A stretch of DNA of 63,083 bases from a virus (taxonomy: Duplodnaviria; Caudoviricetes): positions 1-63,083 of IMG/VR virus record IMGVR_UViG_3300030376_004411. One strand, given 5' to 3'. The translations under genes were made by a program, and so were the position numbers. Shown here in pieces: positions 46,634 to 55,919 of this stretch; within the stretch, counting starts at the first letter, position 1; every line of letters starts with the position of its first letter. The notes beneath the pieces were generated by a model. The model saw only the letters and a list, made by a program, of their open reading frames with translations. It searched no databases and was not told the origin of the DNA.

Positions 46634-48858
46634 TCCGCCAACACTTGTTGTTTCTTATCTAACATCGTTATAGGTGGTTTCTTTTTAACATACTCTTTTA
46701 AACCGAATTTTATAAGTAGGTTGGATATAGTGTCCCAATAATATGTGATATCTATTTCATCTATAGATTTAATTTGTTCTTTGAGACGATAACCTTCCTT
46801 TGTTTTAGCATAGAAGTATGTTGTACCCTCTGCAGGTTCCATTCCTATTTGTTTACCTAGATTCATCAACTGTACAGTTAGGTCAGTTTCTGATTTATAG
46901 TCATCGTATCCTCGGTTTGTCGACCTACGCATGATAAAATCTTCTAGCACATACTCATCTAATTCATATAGTTTACTTATAAAAGACGAGTTAACGGTAT
47001 TATTCAACCGTGCGTCTGATAACCTATCTAATACCTTATTATAGAATATAGAACGGCTCTTTGATTTAAAAGTACTTCCATGCTTTGTAACACTACCATC
47101 CAAGTTACGCAGTATATAATTACCAACTTGAATCCATACACCTTCCTTGAATACATCTTTATCCATTGTGATGTTCTCTGATTCAGCAAAAGGTATGTGA
47201 TGTTTCATCAAGACTTGTAGTCTTTTAGTTAGCCAATCGACGTCCACATCAACATTAGTATTAATCCCATCTGTATGTACATATACCACAGAATCTGACC
47301 CATGTCTAGCACGGATGATGTCGACAGCCGATAATAAGAGCCAACGGGCAATTGCAGTAATAGCAATACCGACGCCCATATCGCCGTAAGAAACATAAGG
47401 ATTAGCATTTGCACCATAGAAAGTGTTCACCATTATTTTAAGAGCATCGGACCTGCTCTTATCTTCTTTAGATGTACCAAGCTTATAAGGTTTTCGCATT
47501 TCTTTGAACGTTTTACACATAGTATATAAACAACTTCTTTTGTCTGTGTCTATTTGTAACATCAAACGTTTACCAACTTTGTTGTCAGGAACATAGAGGA
47601 TTCCATCCTTAAACTCTATGTTTGGGGTATACTCATCATAGCCTACAATTCTTGTCGTATCAGGCCCTAAGTTGAGGGCCATAGCTATCGATGGATAGTA
47701 AGAACTAAAGTCTACTTTTATATTCTTAGACTCATAGCCTTGTCTATACAATTCGATATGTGCAGCCTGATAGTTACCCTTCTCGAATCTAAAGATATCT
47801 GGATGACGCTCTTTGTTTCTATCAAGCGCTACTATGCCCTGCTCGAATAAGCTCCTCCCCTGCAATATTTTCGTAATATAGCTACTGGGGGCGTTTACAT
47901 AGGTTGCTAAGGGTACACATAGGACCTCAGCTACGTATTGTATTTGTGGAAAGTAGTGGTTATACATAAACATTGTACAGTCTACATCAGACAAAACATA
48001 GTCGTGAATTTCCTCAAGAGAGTAGTCCATTAGTGTCTTTGTGCTAAAGTCGAGCTCAATGGGGTCTAATCCAAAGGCTTGAGATACTTGTTTAAGACCA
48101 CGTGGTAGTCCTGATAGCGAATAGTCTAGTCGGGCCCAACGCAATAAATCTAGTATGACTCGACCACCTGAGCTCATCTTCAGGTCTCTGTTGTCTTTAG
48201 GAGGTTCATACCCCCAGTTCGAACCGTCTCGGTTCAGGTGTTTTTTATATTGGGTTTCGTTTATATGATTATACCGAACTCTGTGTAGTATTTGCGGAAT
48301 ATCATATCCCACCAAATTCCACCCCGTAATAATATCAGGGTCATAGTCCTGTACAAAATTAGCGAAGTCCCATAATAGTTGTTTATCATCTTCTGTCTCA
48401 TTATCCCATAGGAATACTTTGCGCTCTCCGGTAGAAGTTACAATGCCGATGGCAACGATAGGGTACTTCTCTCCAAAAGGAAAGGTCCCATCGGGGGAGT
48501 GTGTCTCAATATCAAACACAAGGCATTTTACATCTTGGTCGTTAGGGTGGTCTGCAAAGAACGTTGGATGTTCTATACAGAGTCTTTCGAGTAATGCTTC
48601 CCTTCCACCATCAAAGAGTGCGTGGTTCGGAACGTGGTCCTTACCGGGTGTGTAGTTGTATTTCTTCAACTGTGCTGTCTTATCTGAGGCTATCAGTTTC
48701 TTTGTCTCCCCATGAATTTTGTCTTCCATGTAGTAGTATGGAACAAATGGCGACTTTACAGCCGTAGCTTGTCCATTCCTGTACATTTTGACCATAAGTT
48801 CTTTAGTCTCTAAATTGATTGTGCGTTTGTTAATACTAGCAATTAGTGGTACTTTCAT
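46624..48858 (-). CDS. polB: Family B DNA polymerase
   Basis: ExoI FDIET, ExoII GWNLVGYD, ExoIII YVLSD; motif A DFSSYYPS, B K..VNTFYG, C YVHTDG; C-terminal QQVLADWL. Confidence 0.95.
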   Translation of the reverse strand: MKVPLIASINKRTINLETKELMVKMYRNGQATAVKSPFVPYYYMEDKIHGETKKLIASDKTAQLKKYNYTPGKDHVPNHALFDGGREALLERLCIEHPTFFADHPNDQDVKCLVFDIETHSPDGTFPFGEKYPIVAIGIVTSTGERKVFLWDNETEDDKQLLWDFANFVQDYDPDIITGWNLVGYDIPQILHRVRYNHINETQYKKHLNRDGSNWGYEPPKDNRDLKMSSGGRVILDLLRWARLDYSLSGLPRGLKQVSQAFGLDPIELDFSTKTLMDYSLEEIHDYVLSDVDCTMFMYNHYFPQIQYVAEVLCVPLATYVNAPSSYITKILQGRSLFEQGIVALDRNKERHPDIFRFEKGNYQAAHIELYRQGYESKNIKVDFSSYYPSIAMALNLGPDTTRIVGYDEYTPNIEFKDGILYVPDNKVGKRLMLQIDTDKRSCLYTMCKTFKEMRKPYKLGTSKEDKSRSDALKIMVNTFYGANANPYVSYGDMGVGIAITAIARWLLLSAVDIIRARHGSDSVVYVHTDGINTNVDVDVDWLTKRLQVLMKHHIPFAESENITMDKDVFKEGVWIQVGNYILRNLDGSVTKHGSTFKSKSRSIFYNKVLDRLSDARLNNTVNSSFISKLYELDEYVLEDFIMRRSTNRGYDDYKSETDLTVQLMNLGKQIGMEPAEGTTYFYAKTKEGYRLKEQIKSIDEIDITYYWDTISNLLIKFGLKEYVKKKPPITMLDKKQQVLADWL

Positions 48859-49136
48859 TTTTTCTCTGGTGTTACGTTTACTGCGTTGTCGGGTGTTAGT
48901 ATTTCATCTGATGATTCTACTTCCCACATATTTATTAGTGTCACTGCATCTTGTATGGCTTTACCCCATGCTCTGTGTATGTCAGCGACCTCTTCCATTT
49001 CTGTGTTACCTAATATCTCTGGTCTGAATTGACCTGACATATCGTAGTGGAAATGACTTGCTTTAGTTAACAATTCCATCCACTGTTTGCGTTCATCATC
49101 AGTAGATACTGTTAGTTGTTTAATATCAACGCCCAT
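48855..49136 (-). CDS. Hypothetical protein
   Basis: Overlaps neighbours in the replication operon. Confidence 0.65.
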   Translation of the reverse strand: MGVDIKQLTVSTDDERKQWMELLTKASHFHYDMSGQFRPEILGNTEMEEVADIHRAWGKAIQDAVTLINMWEVESSDEILTPDNAVNVTPEKK

Positions 49137-49446
49137 CTCTGAATTCTTCCATTTGTTCTTTACTCATGCGATTAAATAATTTATCCATGTTATTGACCAT
49201 CAGTTCTGATATCTTGACGTCGTATACATCACACAATCTTTGTAGATACCATAGTACATCACCCATCTCATCTATAATGAGGTCTGTGTTGTCTACTCTA
49301 TCTCTTATTTCTTTTTTGAATGCTCCGCCTACTTCACCTGCTTCATTCATTAATCCTATCATTAGGTATTCTTTCTCCCTTCTCTTAGGGTACTTAGCTG
49401 TCTTTCTTGTGAAGTCTAAGTATGTTGCTTCTATTCCTTTTACCAT
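49126..49446 (-). CDS. mazG: MazG-like nucleotide pyrophosphohydrolase
   Basis: GLMNEAGEV..KKEIRD..DEMGDVLWYL..NMDKL. Confidence 0.88.
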   Translation of the reverse strand: MVKGIEATYLDFTRKTAKYPKRREKEYLMIGLMNEAGEVGGAFKKEIRDRVDNTDLIIDEMGDVLWYLQRLCDVYDVKISELMVNNMDKLFNRMSKEQMEEFRDGR

Positions 49447-49757
49447 ATGTTTAACTCCTCTGGTACTTTTTTAATTATATTTTTCCTCTCTGTTGGGAGG
49501 TATCTGTATACTAAGTCAGCCTTCTGGTCACTCTGTATAATCCAAGGCTTGACTATGATGAGGTCATTCTCTCTACACCACATTCTTCTCTTTAGTTTAC
49601 CACCAATGCGTATCATGCGTATCTTACCATCGCCACACAGTGCTCTCATTCTAGAGCCCCCTGTCATCTCAGTAACGACAGCAAACATCTCATCACGCTT
49701 TGGTAATCTACTTCTCTTGAAAGTATTGTTTGATGGTTTCGTATTCTTCTTCTTCAT
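49440..49757 (-). CDS. eif1a: Archaeal-type translation initiation factor 1A
   Basis: RLPKRDEMFAVV..GGSRMRALCGDGKIR..GKLKRRMW..DLIIVKPW..KADLVYRY. Confidence 0.92.
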   Translation of the reverse strand: MKKKNTKPSNNTFKRSRLPKRDEMFAVVTEMTGGSRMRALCGDGKIRMIRIGGKLKRRMWCRENDLIIVKPWIIQSDQKADLVYRYLPTERKNIIKKVPEELNIW

Positions 49758-51228
49758 AGTCTCCTTCTGCTTTTGTTAGAAATTCTGCAAAGTCTTTACA
49801 GTCTGCATCCTTAGCTGATTTAAAAAGCTTTGGGTAGTCTGCGCTTACAACGTCTAACGGCGTCTCTGCTCTCTCACCCAACTCAACGTTGTTCCCGCTA
49901 AACGGGTCAGTAATCTTGACACTGCTACAACAGCGCCCAATGTATTCATCAGCCACTTCAGGCCACTCTTTTCGTACAAATTCTTTTGTTTCATTTATTA
50001 GTTCACTCCAATCTATTTTAGATGCAGGTTCTGTGAGTAGGGGGCTCTTGTAGTAAAGCTTGTGTTTACCATCGTCTTCTATTTCTAAGAAGCCTGTCAT
50101 AAGTAATCCACTTAATACAGGTCTCAACTTAGTAAAAGGTAGACCGGCAGCCTTAGCTGCTTTCTTGAGTTCACCCTCTGACATTTTTACTGTCTCGCTG
50201 TCTGCGAAACCAAACTTATCTAGTCTAGTTTCTGGAAACAACTTCAGTATGTCAGTCCCGTGACTAGGCATATGTAGACATTCCTCTACAAATGAATTAA
50301 GGTATATTCTCAAAGCTAACCAATTGTGTTTTGGTGTAACTAATCCATATATCTTACCACCACGTTCAACTCTTACGATTTCATCTGGATAGAATCTAGC
50401 AATAGCATTTATTAGTCTCAGTACATATTGTACTTTCGAACGAGACACAGGAAATGCTGAAGGTATAGCGTTGAATAAGAAAGGTGCACAAGGATTTTTT
50501 ATTATCGTTGCGTCATCCTCATCTCTTGCTGTGATAGAATCTACTATGTGTTTTTTCAGTCCATCCATTTCTTCATCTGACATTGTTGATATAGATGCAG
50601 TCTCTACTGCTGAATGCATCAACTTGTGTTTAATGACTCTTTCTGTTTGTTCTACTGTTGGGTTAGTGTGCATAATCATACACCTTCTTTCTAACTCAGT
50701 GTCAAACATAGCACTGCCCTTTTCATTTTCTACTGCTACACACATAAAGACATCTTTAGAAAAGAGGTATTGTTCTCTTGTCGATTTTGTTGTGACGTCA
50801 GTTACTTTGCGTGTTGCCATTCTATCATCAGCCCATGTCTTGATGATTTCCATAACACCTTCAGGTATCTTCTGTGCCTCTGGCACTGCTATGAAACGTG
50901 CTCTGTTGATACTATCAGCTTCATACCATACTGCTGTCTCAGACAAATGTTCAATAGTGTGAACATAGTCTTCAGGCAGTAGGTTGAATATAGCTTCCAT
51001 TAGTACACTCTTACCTGTCCCACTGTATGCCTTTACACAGAAGTTAGTATCTTCTAAAAGGTATGACAGGGATGCAGTAAGTGCTAAAGCATCTTCACCT
51101 AGTATAGGGAATAATGTACCATCTCTTTTTTTAGCGTTGTGAAAGTATCTCAACAGGTCATATATTTCGTATTTTTTCATATCCATCGTTCTCTTGCATT
51201 CATTATATTTAAAACGTTGTGTTCGCAT
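49708..51228 (-). CDS. AAA+ ATPase, putative replicative helicase
   Basis: Walker A AYSGTGKS, arginine-finger-like ELERR, winged-helix-like tail; start probably near 51186. Confidence 0.65.
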   Translation of the reverse strand: MRTQRFKYNECKRTMDMKKYEIYDLLRYFHNAKKRDGTLFPILGEDALALTASLSYLLEDTNFCVKAYSGTGKSVLMEAIFNLLPEDYVHTIEHLSETAVWYEADSINRARFIAVPEAQKIPEGVMEIIKTWADDRMATRKVTDVTTKSTREQYLFSKDVFMCVAVENEKGSAMFDTELERRCMIMHTNPTVEQTERVIKHKLMHSAVETASISTMSDEEMDGLKKHIVDSITARDEDDATIIKNPCAPFLFNAIPSAFPVSRSKVQYVLRLINAIARFYPDEIVRVERGGKIYGLVTPKHNWLALRIYLNSFVEECLHMPSHGTDILKLFPETRLDKFGFADSETVKMSEGELKKAAKAAGLPFTKLRPVLSGLLMTGFLEIEDDGKHKLYYKSPLLTEPASKIDWSELINETKEFVRKEWPEVADEYIGRCCSSVKITDPFSGNNVELGERAETPLDVVSADYPKLFKSAKDADCKDFAEFLTKAEGDYEEEEYETIKQYFQEK

Positions 51229-51848
51229 AAACGAACAGCATATTTCTTAAGTTCTTTATCCTCAAAGGCAGGGAACTCATTCTTTAATAGTAGGTATAAG
51301 TCTATCATTGTCATTGGGTCTCCATTCTTATCCTTTAGAAACTCTACTATTTCTTCTGGCACAACCCATACTAGGGATTGTTCCTCACTATTATTTAAAC
51401 TAGGTCTAAACTTCTCAGCGACAAAAACCTCTGTCTCAGTTGATTCTAGTAAATATCCATTGGCTTTTCTACCACCTGTGGTTGATACCATACCTTTCTT
51501 AAATTCAAAAACTAAATCTGTAGGGTTTGTACCATTCTCTATTATATTACTAAATAACCGTTGTGCTTGTGTATGAGATGCTACGGTAAAAGAAATGTAT
51601 TTAACTTCCTTTGAACCATCTATGTATATACCATATGTGAATTCATTAATCTTAGGTGTATTGTTTTTACAAAACACACATTCACCTTCTTTTGCCCAAC
51701 ATTTATTACGTTGTCTAGTTGTAGGATTCCAATGTTTCACTCTATGTATCGGTGCTATAAAGGCGAATTGCCCCAATGCTGTCATTGAGTTTTCTAACCA
51801 AACTCTCGAACTTCGGGGCGATTGAATCCAATCGTCGTATTTACTCAT
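51177..51848 (-). CDS. Putative Zn-binding ssDNA-binding protein
   Basis: H-W..C-x6-CxxC pattern like gp32-type SSBs; next to the helicase candidate. Confidence 0.45.
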   Translation of the reverse strand: MSKYDDWIQSPRSSRVWLENSMTALGQFAFIAPIHRVKHWNPTTRQRNKCWAKEGECVFCKNNTPKINEFTYGIYIDGSKEVKYISFTVASHTQAQRLFSNIIENGTNPTDLVFEFKKGMVSTTGGRKANGYLLESTETEVFVAEKFRPSLNNSEEQSLVWVVPEEIVEFLKDKNGDPMTMIDLYLLLKNEFPAFEDKELKKYAVRLCEHNVLNIMNARERWI

Positions 51849-52216
51849 TCTATTTCTATTTTCTTTGCTGATGTTTTTTCTTTCTTTTCGATAGATAGGT
51901 CTAGTATACCATTCACCATAGTGGCTTTGGTTGACTCTGGGTCTAACTCATACTTGAAGGTCTCTTCCCATTTGAAGTTCTTTCTATCTGAGTTTGCTAC
52001 TATAGTAACGGCTCTGTTACTTACCTCTACATCTACTTGTTCTTTGTCCAACCCAGCTAACTCTGCTGTGATTGTAACTGTTCCATTCTCTGTATTGACT
52101 GAGACGTCGTTGCGGTGTCTGAGAGGATTCATGTTAGGTTTGGATGGTAGTTCCTCAATTTGATTGAGTAAGTCTACCCACATGTCTAACATATCTTTAT
52201 CTCTTCTACCCCACAT
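51845..52216 (-). CDS. Small heat-shock protein (Hsp20)
   Basis: ITAELAGLDKEQVDVEV..ATMVNGILDLSIEK..KKIEIE. Confidence 0.9.
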   Translation of the reverse strand: MWGRRDKDMLDMWVDLLNQIEELPSKPNMNPLRHRNDVSVNTENGTVTITAELAGLDKEQVDVEVSNRAVTIVANSDRKNFKWEETFKYELDPESTKATMVNGILDLSIEKKEKTSAKKIEIE

Positions 52217-52218
52217 AC

Positions 52219-52428
52219 TCAGTCCTCCACAGTGGAAGATGATGGTCCATCAGACACACGCTTCATTAATCTGAAGTATGGTTTGTTGGAACCTTCTTTC
52301 CAGTAGGTGTTTCTGAACATTACAAATTCGTCTCCACCCTCAGACTTACCTGAGTAATAGACGTTGTTGTTCTTATCTGTGTTCCGGAACAATCCGGCTC
52401 TTAGTTCTAAACTACTTTTTTCTGCCAT
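52219..52428 (-). CDS. Small hypothetical protein
   Basis: GLFRN..YYSGK..FRN..KPYFRL; AGGAG SD. Confidence 0.7.
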   Translation of the reverse strand: MAEKSSLELRAGLFRNTDKNNNVYYSGKSEGGDEFVMFRNTYWKEGSNKPYFRLMKRVSDGPSSSTVED

Positions 52429-52445
52429 TTTTATTTCTCCTTTAT

Positions 52446-52718
52446 TTATCCGTGCATATTTGTTGGGGTTTGCACAGGTAACCCTTTGACATCTATTTCT
52501 AGTAACCTATCTCCATAGGCTTCTATCAATTTGTCTAATGTTTCATTAAAGAAAGCCCTAACATCAACATTTTCGTTAGGTGCTACCTCTAATTGAAATG
52601 TACCAATGCGTAGTAAATGAGTCATAACCCCATTCTTACCAGCATCTCCACCAGCCATCATACTCTTTATGGCCTTCTCTGATAAAACCATATCTACTTC
52701 AGAAGATGAATCGGTCAT
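52446..52718 (-). CDS. Hypothetical protein
   Basis: GGAGGT SD; operon context. Confidence 0.65.
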   Translation of the reverse strand: MTDSSSEVDMVLSEKAIKSMMAGGDAGKNGVMTHLLRIGTFQLEVAPNENVDVRAFFNETLDKLIEAYGDRLLEIDVKGLPVQTPTNMHG

Positions 52719-52965
52719 CGATTACCTCCAGCTTGATTAATATCTTTCTTAGGTTCTTTACCATTCCTTGTGTCTCTCCAATTTTATTTTCCAAATCATC
52801 AAAGCGTTGTGACATCTTATCTATACGTGCCAAGATATCCTCCACGTTCTGAACAAAGGGAAACCAATTGGTATCATTTTGATACGTTTCGTTTCTTATG
52901 CGGATTTCTTCTGCCCATCTTGTGTGATGGTTTACTTCCGCCTTTCTGTCTTCTTCTATTGTCAT
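52699..52965 (-). CDS. Hypothetical coiled-coil protein
   Basis: Operon context. Confidence 0.6.
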   Translation of the reverse strand: MTIEEDRKAEVNHHTRWAEEIRIRNETYQNDTNWFPFVQNVEDILARIDKMSQRFDDLENKIGETQGMVKNLRKILIKLEVIDDRFIF

Positions 52966-53203
52966 TCTTTTGATTCCTTTTTAGTTGTTTCATGAGTATT
53001 TTGTTCTTACGTGGGTTCACATGATAACCCTGTCCTGTCCATCCGTCGGTGTAAAATCGAATGTATCCCATCCAATAATCACGACAGTTTTCCTCAGTTG
53101 GCTCTAATCCTCTCATCATACATTTTGATTTGAGACGTTGAACCATCTTGTTGGTTTTACCTTTAGCCCATATACGGTTAAAGGCTTCCCAGCGTTCATT
53201 CAT
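52874..53203 (-). CDS. Hypothetical basic protein
   Basis: Likely start MNERWEAF at 53203 (ATGA overlap, GGAGG SD). Confidence 0.55.
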   Translation of the reverse strand: MNERWEAFNRIWAKGKTNKMVQRLKSKCMMRGLEPTEENCRDYWMGYIRFYTDGWTGQGYHVNPRKNKILMKQLKRNQKNDNRRRQKGGSKPSHKMGRRNPHKKRNVSK

Positions 53204-53313
53204 ATCTGACCTCCAATTACTTGATAACATTGTTGACAGTATGGGTTACCTGCACTGTCTTTGTATCTAACATATCTAGCGTCGAGTTGACACTTACATA
53301 GACCACAGTTCAT
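53200..53313 (-). CDS. 37-aa Zn-finger micro-protein
   Basis: MNCGLCKCQL..YCQQCYQVIGGQI; ATGA overlaps at both ends. Confidence 0.65.
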   Translation of the reverse strand: MNCGLCKCQLDARYVRYKDSAGNPYCQQCYQVIGGQI

Positions 53314-53648
53314 CCGAACATGCTCCCGTCATACTCTGTTTTACTTGTCTTAGTAGATGGTTTTACATTATCCATCATATCCATAGCACCTGATTCTTTT
53401 GCTCTGCGAATCATCATCTCTAATATCTTAACATAAGCTAAGATAGACATCTCTTGCCATCTTTCTAATTGAAAAGTTTTATGAATTTTCTTTAAGTCTC
53501 TACCCACGTTCATTACGTCGATAGAGTCAAATGCTTTTACTAAAGTCTCCCACTCAAATCTTTCATCCTCTGACATCAAAGATTTAATAGAGAGGGCGTC
53601 ACTTTTATCTTCTGCCATCTTTAGAAAGCTTTCTATTAGTTCGTTCAT
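53310..53648 (-). CDS. Hypothetical protein
   Basis: 112 aa; GGAG SD. Confidence 0.7.
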   Translation of the reverse strand: MNELIESFLKMAEDKSDALSIKSLMSEDERFEWETLVKAFDSIDVMNVGRDLKKIHKTFQLERWQEMSILAYVKILEMMIRRAKESGAMDMMDNVKPSTKTSKTEYDGSMFG

Positions 53649-53650
53649 AC

Positions 53651-53965
53651 TTACTCCACTACTAATCTATCTAATCTATAAGCTCTAGTGTGTTGCTTAA
53701 ACTGAGAAGTATATTGTTTTAGATTGTATCTATTATCTTTACCTACTACATAGAAGTTGCCTTCTGAGGATATTCTAATGTCCTCGGGTAGGATTTTCCT
53801 TACAGACTCAGAATCTTTATCATGTTTCCATGAATCAAAATTAAATTGAGTTCTGTTTGCAGGGTTGTATTGAATACTTACCTGCTTGTGCTTTCCTGTC
53901 TTTTGGTAATGCTTAATTGCATCCATCAGACAATTGATTTGTTGATTTCTATTCATTTTAATCAC
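53651..53965 (-). CDS. Stand-alone WYL-like domain protein
   Basis: VSIQY..RKILPEDI..GNFYVVGKD..RAYRLDRL. Confidence 0.65.
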   Translation of the reverse strand: MIKMNRNQQINCLMDAIKHYQKTGKHKQVSIQYNPANRTQFNFDSWKHDKDSESVRKILPEDIRISSEGNFYVVGKDNRYNLKQYTSQFKQHTRAYRLDRLVVE

Positions 53966-53990
53966 TGTTATATCTCCAAAACCACCTAAC

Positions 53991-54020
53991 TATATAAAGG
54001 TTTTGGTCTATGAACTGAGA
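53991..54020 (-). promoter_or_regulatory. TATA promoter with upstream TCTCAGTTCA box
   Basis: TCTCAGTTCA-N10-CCTTTATATA; same layout at 56991-57020. Confidence 0.7.
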
Positions 54021-54023
54021 CGT

Positions 54024-54119
54024 TCATTTCTTACACTTTACGCAATATGATTTACCATCGTATGTAGTAAGTATGGACCTACTAAAACACGCTGGACATT
54101 CTGTAAACCTTGTACTCAT
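54024..54119 (-). CDS. 31-aa Zn-finger micro-protein
   Basis: MSTRFTECPACFSRSILTTYDGKSYCVKCKK; ATGA overlap. Confidence 0.6.
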   Translation of the reverse strand: MSTRFTECPACFSRSILTTYDGKSYCVKCKK

Positions 54120-54391
54120 AACTCATTCACCATTATGTTATATACTGACCATCCTAATAAGAGTATGCCTACAATAAAGTAGAACAATACCCATGCTTCT
54201 GCTGGTATTATGTTTTTCTGTTTCATTTTGCTTTCCTTTTTTGGTTGTTGTGCCCTAAAGTGAGGTAGTGTTTTCCAACACTCATCACACAGGTAAGCTC
54301 TCAAATGAGGTGCTTCGCTGGTGTAGTGAGTATAACATCTATTACACTTATGCCATAATACTTTGTAGTATGAGGGTTTAACTGTGTTCAT
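54116..54391 (-). CDS. Zn-finger protein with C-terminal TM helix
   Basis: CNRC..CDEC, then WVLFYFIVGILLLGW. Confidence 0.6.
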   Translation of the reverse strand: MNTVKPSYYKVLWHKCNRCYTHYTSEAPHLRAYLCDECWKTLPHFRAQQPKKESKMKQKNIIPAEAWVLFYFIVGILLLGWSVYNIMVNEL

Positions 54392-54977
54392 TTGCTACTT
54401 CCATATATTTTTTAGTAGCCATTATGATTGGCTCTTGTAACTCTTTTGGTATGTAATCCAATCCATCCATACCATTCTCTATGTCTTGATAGAATATTTC
54501 GAGGTAAGCACTAAAGTTATCGGTAATATAATGATAACCATTAGCTACATCCTCGTCATAATCTCTTATAAAATTAATAATCTGATATGCTCTACCTAAC
54601 GACCTAGCATGTATCTCGCAGCGTGGATGACATCCTAATATCTTTGACATCATCATACCAACTGATTCAGCTGAACCTTTACAGTATTCTAACATAGAGG
54701 CAACTGAGTGTTCTTTCTTTATCATATCTTGATACATACTGAGGTGAAAGTCTGCTAACCATTGACCATCGAACTGATACTTATCACTTACTTTGTAAAA
54801 CTCTTCTATTACTTCTCTCCATTCTTTGAAATCATGTAGTGTCTTTTCACCCTCAACCATTTCATCGCATACCCTGAGGTAAGCATATAGTTTGTATATA
54901 TCTTGTTTAATATCTTCTGGCCACGCATCCAAACATTCATAGAATGTGGTGCTGTATTCTTTCATTATCTCTTTCAT
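54378..54977 (-). CDS. Phytoene/squalene synthase family protein (short)
   Basis: STTFY, LYAYLRVCDEMVE, YCKGSAESVG, LGRAYQIINFIRDYDED..G. Confidence 0.85.
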   Translation of the reverse strand: MKEIMKEYSTTFYECLDAWPEDIKQDIYKLYAYLRVCDEMVEGEKTLHDFKEWREVIEEFYKVSDKYQFDGQWLADFHLSMYQDMIKKEHSVASMLEYCKGSAESVGMMMSKILGCHPRCEIHARSLGRAYQIINFIRDYDEDVANGYHYITDNFSAYLEIFYQDIENGMDGLDYIPKELQEPIIMATKKYMEVANEHS

Positions 54978-55107
54978 TTCTTTTTTATCCTTACTTTCTT
55001 AATAGGTTTTCTTTGTATTACTTTATTGAAGTCTACAAACATACCACCTTTCTCTGATGAGGGTGGTAGGGTATATCCTTCGTACGGTATCTTAGTTGCT
55101 CTTTTCT

Positions 55108-55629
55108 TCATATTGCTTCTTCGTATAGTTTGTGTATGTTCCATCTTAGAGGTGCTTTGAGTCGCTCCACAATGTAAGCGTGTTCATCGAACCAAGACCA
55201 CTTCACTGATTTCTTATTGTATGCCTTACTATATAAGTATTTCGCTTGACTAGGTGTGATAGCATAAGTTTTCTTATTACGGAATTCCTCTCTTCGTATT
55301 AATATAAAACTCAGTCCACCAGCTCTTTCCAACTTAGCACCTTCGTTTATTTGATGCTTTGCGATAGCAGGATTGTTACCATAATGTAAAGGAAAGCTAG
55401 TAAGATTCCTACTAGTCTTAGCCTCGAGCATAATTGGGGTTCCTCTGTAGACTGTGAAGAAATCAGCAGGTTGCTTCTCTGCAACAGCAATCTTAACAAA
55501 CCTATTAATATCATTTGTATCTTGTATCCTGAACCACCATATGTGTCTACTTCCCTTAAGGCTTCTACGTATTTCATTTTCGAAATTCTTTCCTGTATCT
55601 TTTCTTCCCATTGTATCCTCACTAAGCAA
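55108..55629 (-). CDS. Holliday junction resolvase (RecU/Hjc-like)
   Basis: GKNFENEI..PADF..MLEAKTS..HQI..GGLSFILI. Confidence 0.85.
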   Translation of the reverse strand: MLSEDTMGRKDTGKNFENEIRRSLKGSRHIWWFRIQDTNDINRFVKIAVAEKQPADFFTVYRGTPIMLEAKTSRNLTSFPLHYGNNPAIAKHQINEGAKLERAGGLSFILIRREEFRNKKTYAITPSQAKYLYSKAYNKKSVKWSWFDEHAYIVERLKAPLRWNIHKLYEEAI

Positions 55630-55725
55630 ATATAGAGTAAGTATAGACTCTATGTATCAAGCTCTATATAGATTGCTCTATTATATCTCCCCTTAAGAGA
55701 TATATAAAGCTTTGCTAAGTAGAGC

Positions 55726-55833
55726 TTATAATGTCTTAACAGAGCATAAGATACATCTGCCTTGCATCAGTCCATCTTCTGCTATTGAAATGCGTTTACC
55801 ACATTTACTACACTCAGTCCAAGCTAAACTCAT
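55726..55833 (-). CDS. 35-aa Zn-finger micro-protein
   Basis: MSLAWTECSKCGKR..GRCILCSVKTL; ATGA overlap. Confidence 0.55.
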   Translation of the reverse strand: MSLAWTECSKCGKRISIAEDGLMQGRCILCSVKTL

Positions 55834-55919
55834 AAGTTCCTAAATGTCCACCATAACATGATTGACCAAAAGGCCATACCAGCCATGAGTAGTGTTGCTA
55901 CCTGCGCTTGATGGTCCAT
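55830..55919 (-). CDS. 29-aa membrane micro-protein
   Basis: MDHQAQVATLLMAGMAFWSIMLWWTFRNL; coupled on both sides. Confidence 0.5.
   Translation of the reverse strand: MDHQAQVATLLMAGMAFWSIMLWWTFRNL

Noticed and set aside
39341-48858. Inteins or introns in RNR and PolB
   Set aside because: Lengths are normal and no intein splice motifs or LAGLIDADG blocks were seen; the GIY-YIG-like gene is free-standing
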